A stretch of 64,000 nt of DNA from a virus (taxonomy: Duplodnaviria > Caudoviricetes). The translations under genes and the position numbers were made by a program. Every line of letters starts with the position of its first letter. Position 1 is the first letter of the stretch. Positions 28,307 to 38,339 of this stretch are shown here, piece after piece. The notes below the pieces were generated by a model. It was not told the origin of the DNA. It saw only the letters and a program-made list of their open reading frames with translations, and made no database searches. The stretch covers positions 1 through 64,000 of the IMG/VR virus record IMGVR_UViG_3300032283_000551. One strand, 5' to 3'.

Positions 28307-30268
28307 ATGGCAAATAATAATTTCGTAGTAAAGAACGGGTTAACCGTCAACGGAAGCTTCACAGCCAATTCTACTGTAGTAAATGCATCTGCTATTACAG
28401 CGACTTCTGTCAATGCAGCGACTCTTAGTATTTCCGGTGTTTCTGTTGCAACTCTGATAACAAGTAATGCAACCACTGCTTACACCAACGCTATATCTTA
28501 TGCTGATACTAAATCCAGTGCAGCATATACCAATGCGGTATCGTTGGTAGGAGATGCAACAAATATTACAACCGGTACTCTACCAAATGCGAGACTTAGC
28601 TCGGCTATCGTCAATACATCAGGATCGTTTACTATAGGTGGACTTATTAATTTTTCTAATGGTGTTACGTTTTCAAATACAATCACAGCTAATGGTTCTA
28701 ATGGTACAGCCGGGCAAGTATTGACTTCTTCCGGTCCATCAGGGAACGTTTTTTGGTCATCGGCAGCGTCCGGCGTTAATACTGCTGCAACATTTAGTTG
28801 GACCAATGCGCATATATTCTCTAATACATTAACGGTAAATAATTCGACACTGAGTGTTGGTAATACTACAACAAACACCTCAATTACGCTCGGAACAATT
28901 ACATTAAGTAATGGTGCTGCTGTTTCAACGGTAAATGCAACTGTTTATAGTGGAACTGCTAATAATGCAGCTGCATTGAGTGGTGTATCTTTAACAACCA
29001 TTCAAGGCCAGATTACAGCCAATGCAGCAACTGCTTACTCGAATGCAGTAGCAAACGCAGCTGCTATATATAAAACTGCATCCGACTTAGCTACTAGCTC
29101 TGGTACCGCTTATTCTAATGCAATTGCGTATTCTGCTGTTGCAACAAATTTAAGCAGTGGTACCGTTCCAACTGCGCGGCTTGCCTCTGGCACCGCCAAC
29201 AATACTACTTTTCTCCGTGGCGATCAAACGTGGGCAACAACTGGTAGCGTAACTTCCGTAGCCACTGGAACTGGTCTCACCGGCGGACCTGTAACTGGTT
29301 CCGGCACAATATCATTAGCCACTGCCGGCGCTGGTGCTGCCACTTATTCTAGTGGTGTATCAGCAATTACAGTTGATGCCTACGGTCGAGTAACTTCCGT
29401 TTCTGGTTCTGCCGGTTACGTGACTTCTTCCGGTGTGACTTCTGTTGCGACTGGAACCGGTCTTACCGGTGGAACTATCACCAGTACTGGTACGGTGTCA
29501 TTAGCTACTGCCGGTGCTGGTGCTGCCACCTATTCTAGTGGTATTTCTTCGATTACTGTTGATGCTTATGGTCGAGTAACTTCTGTTACCGGTTCTGCTA
29601 GTTATACGCCTCTCAATAGTAGTGTGACTTTTAATGCTATAACGGGTACGGGTCAAATTAAAGGTCTTTCATTAGTAACCACAGGTGGTGCTGTTTATTT
29701 GGCCAACGATTTACAAACGTATATGGCTTGGGACGGCACTAACATTGTATTTAATAAAAAGACATTATGCACCAGTGATGTAGGCACCAATGGAAAATTT
29801 TTTGGATCGGGCGGCGGGGCTGCTGTACTTGCTGCCGGTTCTACTAACGTTCTCTACTTTTCATGGAATGGTTCAGATCTTGTATATGATATTAACAGCG
29901 GCGCCGTCTCGCGCGCTATATATTACTTTGGTGCGTCTGATCAAAGACTAAAAACAAATATTTCCAATACAGATGTTAATTCATTATCAATTATTAATTC
30001 TATAGGTTTAAAGAAATTTGATTGGACGGATGAAGGATTAAAATATAATCTTTTACAAGAAAAAGATAAATCTGTAAAAATTGGTGTTATTGCACAAGAG
30101 CTCTCTCAGGTAATTCCCGAAGCCGTAATAAAAATTAAAAATAAAGAAGAAGTTGAAACGCAGCTACTTAAAGGCGAAGCTATAATACCATATCTGATTG
30201 GTGCTATTCAAGAACAACAAAAACAAATTGCTGATTTACAAACTCAAATCAATTTGTTAAAGAAATAA
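28307..30268 (+). CDS. Long tail fibre with C-terminal intramolecular chaperone (peptidase S74)
   Basis: C-terminal SDQRLKTNI..GVIAQEL..VIPEAV..PYLIGAIQEQQKQI..L; internal 62-aa duplication; own late promoter at 28268. Confidence 0.85.
   Translation: MANNNFVVKNGLTVNGSFTANSTVVNASAITATSVNAATLSISGVSVATLITSNATTAYTNAISYADTKSSAAYTNAVSLVGDATNITTGTLPNARLSSAIVNTSGSFTIGGLINFSNGVTFSNTITANGSNGTAGQVLTSSGPSGNVFWSSAASGVNTAATFSWTNAHIFSNTLTVNNSTLSVGNTTTNTSITLGTITLSNGAAVSTVNATVYSGTANNAAALSGVSLTTIQGQITANAATAYSNAVANAAAIYKTASDLATSSGTAYSNAIAYSAVATNLSSGTVPTARLASGTANNTTFLRGDQTWATTGSVTSVATGTGLTGGPVTGSGTISLATAGAGAATYSSGVSAITVDAYGRVTSVSGSAGYVTSSGVTSVATGTGLTGGTITSTGTVSLATAGAGAATYSSGISSITVDAYGRVTSVTGSASYTPLNSSVTFNAITGTGQIKGLSLVTTGGAVYLANDLQTYMAWDGTNIVFNKKTLCTSDVGTNGKFFGSGGGAAVLAAGSTNVLYFSWNGSDLVYDINSGAVSRAIYYFGASDQRLKTNISNTDVNSLSIINSIGLKKFDWTDEGLKYNLLQEKDKSVKIGVIAQELSQVIPEAVIKIKNKEEVETQLLKGEAIIPYLIGAIQEQQKQIADLQTQINLLKK
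29249..29600 (+). repeat. 186-nt (62-aa) in-frame duplication, visibly GC-richer than its surroundings
   Basis: VTSVATGTGLTGG..SLATAGAGAATYSSG..ITVDAYGRVTSV starting at 29249 and 29435. Confidence 0.85.
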
Positions 30269-30283
30269 TATAGGACAACTCTT

Positions 30284-31024
30284 ATGGCAACACCTACAAC
30301 AAAAGATCAGTTTAAAGAGTATTGCCTAAGAGCTCTTGGTAAACCTGTAATCGAAATCAATGTCGATGACGATCAAGTTGATGATCGTATTGATGATGCC
30401 TTAAAATATTACTGGGACTACCATTTTGATGGTTCTGAAAAAACTTATTACAAGTATCAGATTACAGATGCCGATAAAGCAAACAAATATATTACCATGC
30501 CGGAAAATATCATCGGTGCTGTTAATTTGTTCCCAATCGGTCAAGGCCTGAATACAAATAATTTATTCAATATTCGTTATCAGATTGCCTTGAATGATCT
30601 TTATACACTGACATCTGTATCCATGGTCCCATATTATATGGCTTTGACACATATTCAGTTTCTTGAACAAATGTTAGTTGGTCAACAACCAATTCGTTAT
30701 AATAGAAACGTAAATCGTCTTCATATTGATATGGACTGGCAGATTATTAATACAGGTGATTTTATTGTCGTAGAGGCTTATCAAATTGTTGATCCTGCAA
30801 CATATGTGGATGTGTGGAAAGATCGTTGGCTTATTCGTTATGCCACATGTTTGATTAAACAACAATGGGGCGCAAATCTAACCAAGTTTGTTGGTATGAC
30901 ATTACCAGGTGGTATTAAGTTCAATGGTGAAAAGCTCTATAATGATGCCACTTCTGAACGTGCTGAACTTGAAAAAGAAATGATTTATTCATATTCACTT
31001 CCTGTAACTGATATGATTGGTTGA
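30284..31024 (+). CDS. gp13: Neck protein gp13
   Basis: EYCLRALGKPVIEINVDDDQVDDRIDDAL..DYHFDG; YA..LIK.QWG.NL.KF.G..LPGG..NG. Confidence 0.93.
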   Translation: MATPTTKDQFKEYCLRALGKPVIEINVDDDQVDDRIDDALKYYWDYHFDGSEKTYYKYQITDADKANKYITMPENIIGAVNLFPIGQGLNTNNLFNIRYQIALNDLYTLTSVSMVPYYMALTHIQFLEQMLVGQQPIRYNRNVNRLHIDMDWQIINTGDFIVVEAYQIVDPATYVDVWKDRWLIRYATCLIKQQWGANLTKFVGMTLPGGIKFNGEKLYNDATSERAELEKEMIYSYSLPVTDMIG

Positions 31025-31038
31025 GAATATACCTTTTA

Positions 31039-31046
31039 TATAAATA
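31039..31046 (+). promoter_or_regulatory. Late promoter TATAAATA of the homing endonuclease gene
   Basis: Exact T4 late consensus. Confidence 0.75.
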
Positions 31047-31073
31047 CATCCATGACAAACAAAGGAGAAAGTC

Positions 31074-31805
31074 ATGGAAAAATATGGATTTGTATATATC
31101 TGGTTTGATCGCAAACACAAACGCTATTATATCGGAGCTCATTGGGGTAGAGAAGATGATGGCTATATTTGCTCTTCACCGTGGATGAAAAAAGCATATA
31201 AAAGAAGGCCTAATGATTTTAAAAGACGTATATTGGAACGAATTTATACTAATAGAAAACAAACGTTTATTGCTGAAGAAAAATATCTTGATTTAATACG
31301 ACAAGAAGAATTTGGTAAAAAATATTATAATCTACGAAATATAAAAGGTCATTGGTCAACTGATGATGAAAAAATAAAATCTATTGCAGAAAAAATTTCA
31401 GCTACAGCAAAAAAGAATGCTCAGGATCCAATTTATAGAGCAAAATATCTTGAAGGATTAAAAACACGTGATACTAAAGCATCTAATCCAGATGTTTGTG
31501 AAAAAAGACGTAAATCAATGATAGGTAAAAATGCCGGAAAGATTACAGCTAAAGATGAAAGCGATAATATTTTTCACACTACAAAAGATGATCCAAGATG
31601 GATTTCCGGTGAAATATGGGCAGCATCAAAAGGTGTTAAACGTTCAGCCTTATCAGAAGATCATAAGATTAAAATAAAAGAAGCAGGTATTTTTAAAACA
31701 ATAAATAGCAAAAGGATTTCTTGCATACATTGTGGTACTGAAGGAAACGCAGGTCAGATAGGAAGATATCACAATGATCGTTGTAAGAAAATTCAAATAG
31801 TTTAA
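31074..31805 (+). mobile_element. Free-standing GIY-YIG (Seg-like) homing endonuclease gene
   Basis: YGFVYIW.D....YYIGAH.G...DGYICSS; FKRRILE; C-terminal CxHC..RYH..C; own TATAAATA at 31039 and AAGGAG RBS. Confidence 0.8.
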
Positions 31806-31821
31806 TAGAGGTTATACTAAA

Positions 31822-32397
31822 ATGCTTACATATAAAACATTCTGTGAAGCTTGGATTAATGGTATTGGTTCTAAAGGTATTAATGCTACCAAAGATAAAG
31901 CAGTTACATCTTCTACCAAATATGATTCACCTACAGATTATGAACGAAATGCCAAAAAAGTTGGTGAGGTTGGTGGTTTAGAACTTCATTCATCCGAAAC
32001 TGCTGGTGGTGGAATTAAACATTTTACCTGGCATCCAAAAGATAAAAAAATTCACCATGTAGTTTATGCGGCTCAATCAACACCAATTCAAGGTGGCCAT
32101 AGACTACAATTTCTAAGTGCTCATAGAAGATCATCATCTGATGTTAATATGGGACATGTTTATAAGAAAATTTTACAGAACGGCAATCAAATGGTTGGCA
32201 CAAGTCACTCACCTGGTGCTAAGAAAATGTGGGATCGTATGAGAAATGATCCTGATATTCATGTACATGGTGAACACCCGGATGGCACAAAACAAGAATT
32301 AAAACATGATGATGAAACACATGCAGCATATGGTGATAAATCTAAAGAAGGTATACGAATTGGTAAAATGAAACTTGTAGCCGGCGCTAGAAAATAG
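31822..32397 (+). CDS. Hypothetical protein with capsid-targeting-like N-terminus
   Basis: MLTYKTFCEA resembles the T4 internal-protein capsid-targeting sequence (MKTYQEFIAE). Confidence 0.5.
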   Translation: MLTYKTFCEAWINGIGSKGINATKDKAVTSSTKYDSPTDYERNAKKVGEVGGLELHSSETAGGGIKHFTWHPKDKKIHHVVYAAQSTPIQGGHRLQFLSAHRRSSSDVNMGHVYKKILQNGNQMVGTSHSPGAKKMWDRMRNDPDIHVHGEHPDGTKQELKHDDETHAAYGDKSKEGIRIGKMKLVAGARK

Positions 32398-32411
32398 GAG
32401 ATGTAATTTAA

Positions 32412-33155
32412 GTGGCTACAAATTTCTATTTCCGCAACTACGATTCATCTAATGAACAGAATCTCTATGAAGATCTAATCATAGAGTCAATTCGTATGTA
32501 CGGGGAGGATATGTATTATATACCTCGTGTTATCACCAACTACGATGGTCTTCTTGGCGAGGATGCATCCTCACAGTATAATCACGCAATTTTAGTAGAA
32601 CTTTATATTAAATCCATCGATGGTTTTACTGGTGATGGTAATTTTATGTCTAAGTTTGGTTTACAAATTAGAGACCAAGTTGTATTCAGTATAGCACAAA
32701 GAACTTTTAATCAAGAAGTTGCTATTGTAACAGATCAAATAAGACCTAATGAAGGTGATCTAATCTATTTCCCACTTAACCGCAAATGCTTTCAAATCAA
32801 GTTTGTTAATAAGTTTGAAATGTTCTATCAGTTTGGCGCATTACAAACTTGGGAATTGACATGTGAATTGTTTGAATATAGCAATGAACAATTCAATACA
32901 GGAATTCCTGAAATTGATAATCTACAAACAAATTATTCTGTCAATATTCTTGATTATGCCATTATGGATGAGGAAGGTGTAAATCTAACCGATGAGGACA
33001 ATAATTATCTAGTTGTTGAACAATATAACCCAGACGTTATTAATCCAGCATCACAGAATGATTTAATTCAAAATGGCTCAAATAATTTTCCTCTAGGATC
33101 AAATGATTTTATTGACTTTAGTGAAATAGATCCTTTTAGTGAAGGCACTCTGTAA
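32412..33155 (+). CDS. gp14: Neck protein gp14
   Basis: EQNLYEDLIIESI..YG.D.YYIPR; SKFGLQIRDQ; RPNEGDLIYFPL; ELFEYS.E...TG..EID. Confidence 0.93.
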   Translation: MATNFYFRNYDSSNEQNLYEDLIIESIRMYGEDMYYIPRVITNYDGLLGEDASSQYNHAILVELYIKSIDGFTGDGNFMSKFGLQIRDQVVFSIAQRTFNQEVAIVTDQIRPNEGDLIYFPLNRKCFQIKFVNKFEMFYQFGALQTWELTCELFEYSNEQFNTGIPEIDNLQTNYSVNILDYAIMDEEGVNLTDEDNNYLVVEQYNPDVINPASQNDLIQNGSNNFPLGSNDFIDFSEIDPFSEGTL

Positions 33156-33976
33156 TGTTCTCTACTACACCTTTTTACTTTTCATTAATTCGTAAGTATA
33201 TTATACTATTCGGAACTTTGTTTAATAACATTCGTATCTCTAGAACAGATAAGGATGGCAATGTTACTATGATTGAGCGTGTGCCAATCACCTATGGACC
33301 AAAAGATAAAATGTTAGCCCGTGTAATTCAGGATCCAAATATTGATCGACCAACGGCCACATATCCATTGCCTATGATGGCTTTTGAAATGACTAGTTTT
33401 GATTATGATGGAACAAGAAAACTACAGACAATCAATCGAATTGCTGTAGTAAATCCTGATGATAAATCCAAGAATAAATATCAGTATAATCCAGTACCAT
33501 ATAATATTGGATTCCGTCTAAGTATTCTAGTAAAAAATGCCGAGGATGGCAATAAAATTGTAGAACAAATTCTACCGTATTTTACACCAGATTGGACAAC
33601 TACTGTGCATCTTATTCCAGAGATGAATGTAACGATGGATATTCCTGTTGTACTTAATAATATCAGTCTAGAAGATGTTTATGACGGTGAATTTGACAAA
33701 CGTAGATCGTTAGTTTGGAATCTTGATTTTACGCTCAAGGGTTATATTTACGGACCAGTTAAATCTACTAAGATTATTAAATTTACAAATACCGAATTTT
33801 TTGTAGCTACCGGTGATAATATTCGAGAAGCTAATGCGGCCGCAGCATATGTACAAGTTCAACCAGGACTTACAGCAAATGGCAAACCAACATCAAATGC
33901 TAGTTTGTCGATACCAGTTGCAAATATTGTAGCTACTGACACATTTGGATATGTGACTTCTATTACGGAACCTTAA
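33155..33976 (+). CDS. gp15: Tail sheath terminator/stabilizer gp15
   Basis: IRKYI.LFGTLFNNI; VPI.YGPK.K; PVPYNI.F.L; EQILPYF.P; FTLKGYIYGP. Confidence 0.93.
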   Translation: MFSTTPFYFSLIRKYIILFGTLFNNIRISRTDKDGNVTMIERVPITYGPKDKMLARVIQDPNIDRPTATYPLPMMAFEMTSFDYDGTRKLQTINRIAVVNPDDKSKNKYQYNPVPYNIGFRLSILVKNAEDGNKIVEQILPYFTPDWTTTVHLIPEMNVTMDIPVVLNNISLEDVYDGEFDKRRSLVWNLDFTLKGYIYGPVKSTKIIKFTNTEFFVATGDNIREANAAAAYVQVQPGLTANGKPTSNASLSIPVANIVATDTFGYVTSITEP

Positions 33977-33977
33977 T

Positions 33978-34427
33978 ATGAATGATGATGACATTAATGA
34001 TGATGATAACGAAAATCCAATTGATAGAGCTTTGAATTTAGGGCCAATTAATCAAACTTATGGTAAAACAATATCATCAATTATTAGCCAAGCACGTGAT
34101 GATTCTGCTGATGAAGACTTTACATTTGCTAGAGCAAATATCCGTGAGGTTATTGAAAATGGTACCGATGCCATATCCAAACTTACTATAATTGCTCAAC
34201 AGTCACAGAATCCTAGGGCATATGAAGTATTAGCTAAATTGATGGATACTGTTGCAAATGCCTCAAGAGAATTGCTTGAACTTCAGGAAAAGATCCGATC
34301 AATTGATAAATCAGACATACCTCGTGATGAAGAGGCAAAGAGTCAGGTCACCAACAATTTGTTTGTTGGCTCAACTCATGAATTACAAAAGATGATTGAA
34401 AATATGAGAAATAGATCTATTAAATAA
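33978..34427 (+). CDS. gp16: Terminase small subunit gp16
   Basis: D.TFARANI; PRAYEVLA.L; VTNNLFVGST.ELQKM. Confidence 0.93.
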   Translation: MNDDDINDDDNENPIDRALNLGPINQTYGKTISSIISQARDDSADEDFTFARANIREVIENGTDAISKLTIIAQQSQNPRAYEVLAKLMDTVANASRELLELQEKIRSIDKSDIPRDEEAKSQVTNNLFVGSTHELQKMIENMRNRSIK

Positions 34428-34447
34428 TTCATATTATGTCATAGACT

Positions 34448-34476
34448 ATTATAACACAGTACAAGAATGTTGTCAA
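34448..34476 (-). promoter_or_regulatory. Consensus sigma70-type promoter, antisense to gp16
   Basis: Minus strand TTGACA-17 nt-TATAAT in the gp16/gp17 spacer. Confidence 0.75.
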
Positions 34477-34481
34477 CAAAA

Positions 34482-36152
34482 ATGAATACTAATGCAGAAA
34501 TAATTCCAAATTTTAAAGCTTATATGGGCAATCCTAATTTAAAACGAGCAGGGATTGACGTAAATTGGACACCGACCATGATCGAAGAGATGGTCAAGTG
34601 TTCACAAGATGTTGTATATTTTGTTAGTAATTATATGAAGATTGTCAACGTTGATAAAGGTTTAATTCCTTTTACACCGTATGATTATCAGATTGAAATG
34701 CTTAAAGCCATGGCCGAAAATCGCTATAATATTATGGCGACCTCACGACAGGCTGGTAAATCTACCACAACATGTGCTTTTATTTTATGGTATATTCTTT
34801 TCAATAATGATAAAAACGTGGCTCTGCTTGCTAACAAAGCGGATACGGCACGTGAAATTCTAGGTAAAATTCAATTAGCGTATCAGCATCTTCCAAAATG
34901 GATGCAACATGGTATTCTTGAATGGAACAAAGGTTCGTTTGTTCTTGAAAATAATAGTAGAGTTCTTGCTACCGCCACATCAGCCGATAACATTCGTGGT
35001 TTCAGTATTAATCTTCTATTCATTGACGAAGCCGCATTCATTGATAACTGGGATGAATTCTTTACCTCAGTTTATCCTACGATTTCATCTGGTAATACAT
35101 CACAGGTTATTCTTGTTTCAACACCAAATGGTTTAAATCACTTTTATGCCATTTGGCAAAATGCATTAGAAAATAAGAATAATTATAAACCTATTTTGGT
35201 GAAATGGGATAGAGTTCCGGGACGTGACGAAAAATGGAGAAAAGACACATTAGCGGGTATTAACTTTGATACTGAAAAGTTTGCACAGGAATTTGAAGTA
35301 GAATTTCAAGGATCATCTGGTACTCTTATTGCCGGTTGGAAGTTAAAAGAACTTGTTTATAAAACACCTCTTCATGCCAAGGATGGGTTGAAACTTTATG
35401 ATTCGCCTGAAAAGAATAAACAATATGTTTGTGTGGCTGACGTTTCGCGTGGTAAAGGTCTAGATTATTCGGCATTTAGTGTATTTGATATAAGTGCGAT
35501 GCCATATAAACAAGTATGTGTTTTTAAAAGTAATATGATGACCCCGATAGATTATGCCGATGTAATCCATAGGGTTTCCAAATCTTATAATAATGCCGGT
35601 ATTCTTGTTGAAATTAATGATATTGGTGGGCAGGTAGCAGATTCATTACATTTTGATTTTGAATATGATAATGTATTATCTACAACTGCCGGTGGTGGTA
35701 GATCGGGAAAACAAGTTACGTCAGGTTTTAGTGGTGGTAGTACCGATAAAGGTGTTCGAACTACAAAAATTGTAAAACAAACCGGTTGTTCAATATTAAA
35801 ACTTTTAATTGAAGGCAATCAGTTAATCATTAATGATCTAAGTACAATCAATGAATTATCAACTTTTTCCAAAAAAGGTAATACATATGAAGCAGAACCA
35901 GGTAAACATGATGACCTGGTAATGGGTCTTGTACTGTTTGCTTGGTTATCAGATCAACTTTATTTTAAAGAACTCACATCTATAAATACATTAGCAAATT
36001 TGCGTGAAAAAAATGACGACGAAGTTATGCAAGATCTTGCACCGTTTGGTTTTATTCAAGATGGGACCGAGGAAAGAATCATTATCGAAGTTTCAGGTGA
36101 TCGTTGGGTGGTCGTTGATACATATAATGAGCCAGAGAACATTATTTTATAA
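34482..36152 (+). CDS. gp17: Terminase large subunit gp17
   Basis: SRQAGKST Walker A, LLFIDEAAFI Walker B, VSTPNG.NHFY, ADVSRG.G.DYSAF and HDDLVM nuclease motifs. The start may be ATG 34482 or TTG 34467. Confidence 0.96.
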   Translation: MNTNAEIIPNFKAYMGNPNLKRAGIDVNWTPTMIEEMVKCSQDVVYFVSNYMKIVNVDKGLIPFTPYDYQIEMLKAMAENRYNIMATSRQAGKSTTTCAFILWYILFNNDKNVALLANKADTAREILGKIQLAYQHLPKWMQHGILEWNKGSFVLENNSRVLATATSADNIRGFSINLLFIDEAAFIDNWDEFFTSVYPTISSGNTSQVILVSTPNGLNHFYAIWQNALENKNNYKPILVKWDRVPGRDEKWRKDTLAGINFDTEKFAQEFEVEFQGSSGTLIAGWKLKELVYKTPLHAKDGLKLYDSPEKNKQYVCVADVSRGKGLDYSAFSVFDISAMPYKQVCVFKSNMMTPIDYADVIHRVSKSYNNAGILVEINDIGGQVADSLHFDFEYDNVLSTTAGGGRSGKQVTSGFSGGSTDKGVRTTKIVKQTGCSILKLLIEGNQLIINDLSTINELSTFSKKGNTYEAEPGKHDDLVMGLVLFAWLSDQLYFKELTSINTLANLREKNDDEVMQDLAPFGFIQDGTEERIIIEVSGDRWVVVDTYNEPENIIL

Positions 36153-36155
36153 ATA
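36148..36155 (+). promoter_or_regulatory. Late promoter TATAAATA upstream of gp18
   Basis: Exact consensus overlapping the gp17 stop. Confidence 0.8.
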
Positions 36156-36202
36156 AACATGAGTTTTGAAATACATTTTTTATAAAAAAAGGAGAGATAA
36201 CT

Positions 36203-38314
36203 ATGGCATTTCAAGTAAGTCCAGGTGTAAATGTTACCGAGATTGATCTTACAACGATCGTCCCTGGTGTTTCCACCACAACCGGTGCTATCGCAGGTGT
36301 TTTTAAGTGGGGTCCCGTAGGTGAACGCGTTTTAATCACCAATGAAACAAATCTTGTTAATACATTTGGTAAGCCAAATGCTAATAACTTTGAAACATTT
36401 TTTACTGCTGCCAATTTCCTAGCATATAGTAGTGCATTATATGTTGTTCGTGCAGCAAATACAACAAATTCAACTGCAACATCAGGTGCAATGAATGCCG
36501 TTGCTAATACAAATACAGTTACTGTTCTAAACAACGTAGTCAAGAACAGAAACGATTATCTGGCTATTCGTGACGGTAATACGTCTTCAAATGCTATGTA
36601 TATTGCTAAATATCCTGGCGATCTTGGTAACAGTCTTCGTATTTCTGTTTGCAGTAGTGTCAATGCATATAGTTCAAATTTAGCGCTTGTTGGAAACGTT
36701 ACAAGTAATACTATTACCGGTTCATTTGCACTAAGTGTTGGATCTAATACTGGCACATTCACATTCGTTTCTGATGGTGTTGTTAGTAATGCCAATACAT
36801 ATGCTAATACAATTGCTAATGCAATTACTGTGGGTGATTCGATTACGGTTGGTAACACATCAATCGGCACACAAAATATGACAGTTAAAACAATTGGTTC
36901 TGTAACTGCAAACGCTTCTGTGGCTACATTTACTCTTGGTTTTGATTCATTATATAAACTATCAACAGATTATACTGCAAGCAATACCGTAAATGGTAAT
37001 ACAAGTGTTATTAATGTAACAAGATCTTGGCAGTTTGCAAATCGTACGAATGGTGCACCTACAACTTCTTATTATGTTTCAAACTTTGGTAATTCAGCAG
37101 CTGTTGATACCTTACACGTAGTGGTAGTTGACCAAGATGGTCAATTCACTGGTGCACCTGGAGCTGTACTTGAAGTATACCAAAATCTATCACGTGCAAC
37201 TGATGCAAAATCAGAAAATGGTGCTTCTCTTTACTATAAGACAGTAATCAATGATACTTCTGCTTATGTATGGTGGGCAAATGACCGTTCAGGTGCACTA
37301 TCAAATACAGCATTGAACATTACTTCATCAACAAATTCATCACCTCTTACATTGGATTTTGCTGGTGGTACCGACGGATTCTCCGAAAGTACTATTCCTA
37401 TGAGTTCTCTTGCAACAGCGTATGATCTGTTTAATTCTACTGAACAAGTTGATATTTCATTGGTTCTTCAAGGTAAGCCAACTGGTGGTTCTACCACTGT
37501 AAATGGTCAGACCGTTGCTAATTTCCAACTTGCTAACTATATTATCCAAAATATTTGTGAAACACGTAAAGATTGTATCGCATTTATTTCACCGGATGAT
37601 GCAACTGCTCGTTCAAACCCAGGCGCTGAGGCAACTTCAATTGTTAATTGGTTTGGCGCTGTAGCTGATTCAACATACTATGTTTCAGATAGTTCATATA
37701 AGTACATGTATGACCGTTACAATGATGTATATCGTTATGTTCCACTCAATGGTGATATTGCCGGTCTATGTGCAAGAACAGAAACAACAAATGATGCTTG
37801 GTTTTCGCCAGCTGGATTCAATCGTGGTCAGATCAAGAATATCGTAAAGCTGCGCTATAATCCAACACTACCTAACAGAGATCTCCTCTATAAAAACTCT
37901 GTAAATCCAATTGTAACATTCCCTGGTCAAGGTACTGTTCTATTTGGTGATAAAACTGGTACCAAAAAGCCTTCCGCATTTGATCGCATTAACGTACGTC
38001 GTCTATTCATCACTCTTGAAAAAGCTATTTCTAATTCTTCAAGATTCTCATTGTTTGAATTTAACGATGAGTTTACAAGATCACAATTCAAAAATCTAGT
38101 TATTCCTTTTCTGCGTGACGTTCAAGCTCGACGTGGTATTACAGACTTCCTTGTTGTTTGTGATGCTACAAATAATACACCTGAAAGAATTGATCGCAAT
38201 GAATTCTGGGGTGATATTTACATCAAGCCAAATCGTTCAATTAACTTCATTCAGTTGAACTTTGTTGCTGTTAGAACCGGTGTTCAATTCTCAACAATCG
38301 TTGGTCAATTCTAA
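36203..38314 (+). CDS. gp18: Tail sheath protein gp18
   Basis: MAFQVSPGVNVTEIDLT; WFSPAGFNRG; FDRINVRRLFI; IKP.RSINFIQLNFVAVRTGV.F. Confidence 0.96.
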   Translation: MAFQVSPGVNVTEIDLTTIVPGVSTTTGAIAGVFKWGPVGERVLITNETNLVNTFGKPNANNFETFFTAANFLAYSSALYVVRAANTTNSTATSGAMNAVANTNTVTVLNNVVKNRNDYLAIRDGNTSSNAMYIAKYPGDLGNSLRISVCSSVNAYSSNLALVGNVTSNTITGSFALSVGSNTGTFTFVSDGVVSNANTYANTIANAITVGDSITVGNTSIGTQNMTVKTIGSVTANASVATFTLGFDSLYKLSTDYTASNTVNGNTSVINVTRSWQFANRTNGAPTTSYYVSNFGNSAAVDTLHVVVVDQDGQFTGAPGAVLEVYQNLSRATDAKSENGASLYYKTVINDTSAYVWWANDRSGALSNTALNITSSTNSSPLTLDFAGGTDGFSESTIPMSSLATAYDLFNSTEQVDISLVLQGKPTGGSTTVNGQTVANFQLANYIIQNICETRKDCIAFISPDDATARSNPGAEATSIVNWFGAVADSTYYVSDSSYKYMYDRYNDVYRYVPLNGDIAGLCARTETTNDAWFSPAGFNRGQIKNIVKLRYNPTLPNRDLLYKNSVNPIVTFPGQGTVLFGDKTGTKKPSAFDRINVRRLFITLEKAISNSSRFSLFEFNDEFTRSQFKNLVIPFLRDVQARRGITDFLVVCDATNNTPERIDRNEFWGDIYIKPNRSINFIQLNFVAVRTGVQFSTIVGQF

Positions 38315-38320
38315 TAAATA
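38313..38320 (+). promoter_or_regulatory. Late promoter variant upstream of gp19
   Basis: AATAAATA overlapping the gp18 stop. Confidence 0.65.
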
Positions 38321-38339
38321 AAGAATAGGAGTTAAATAA

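Noticed and set aside
43-30268. Apparent abundance of N-x-S/T sequons in virion proteins (possible N-glycosylation)
   Set aside because: The proteins are so rich in N, S and T that a rough count is near chance expectation; a shuffled-sequence enrichment test would be needed before claiming it.
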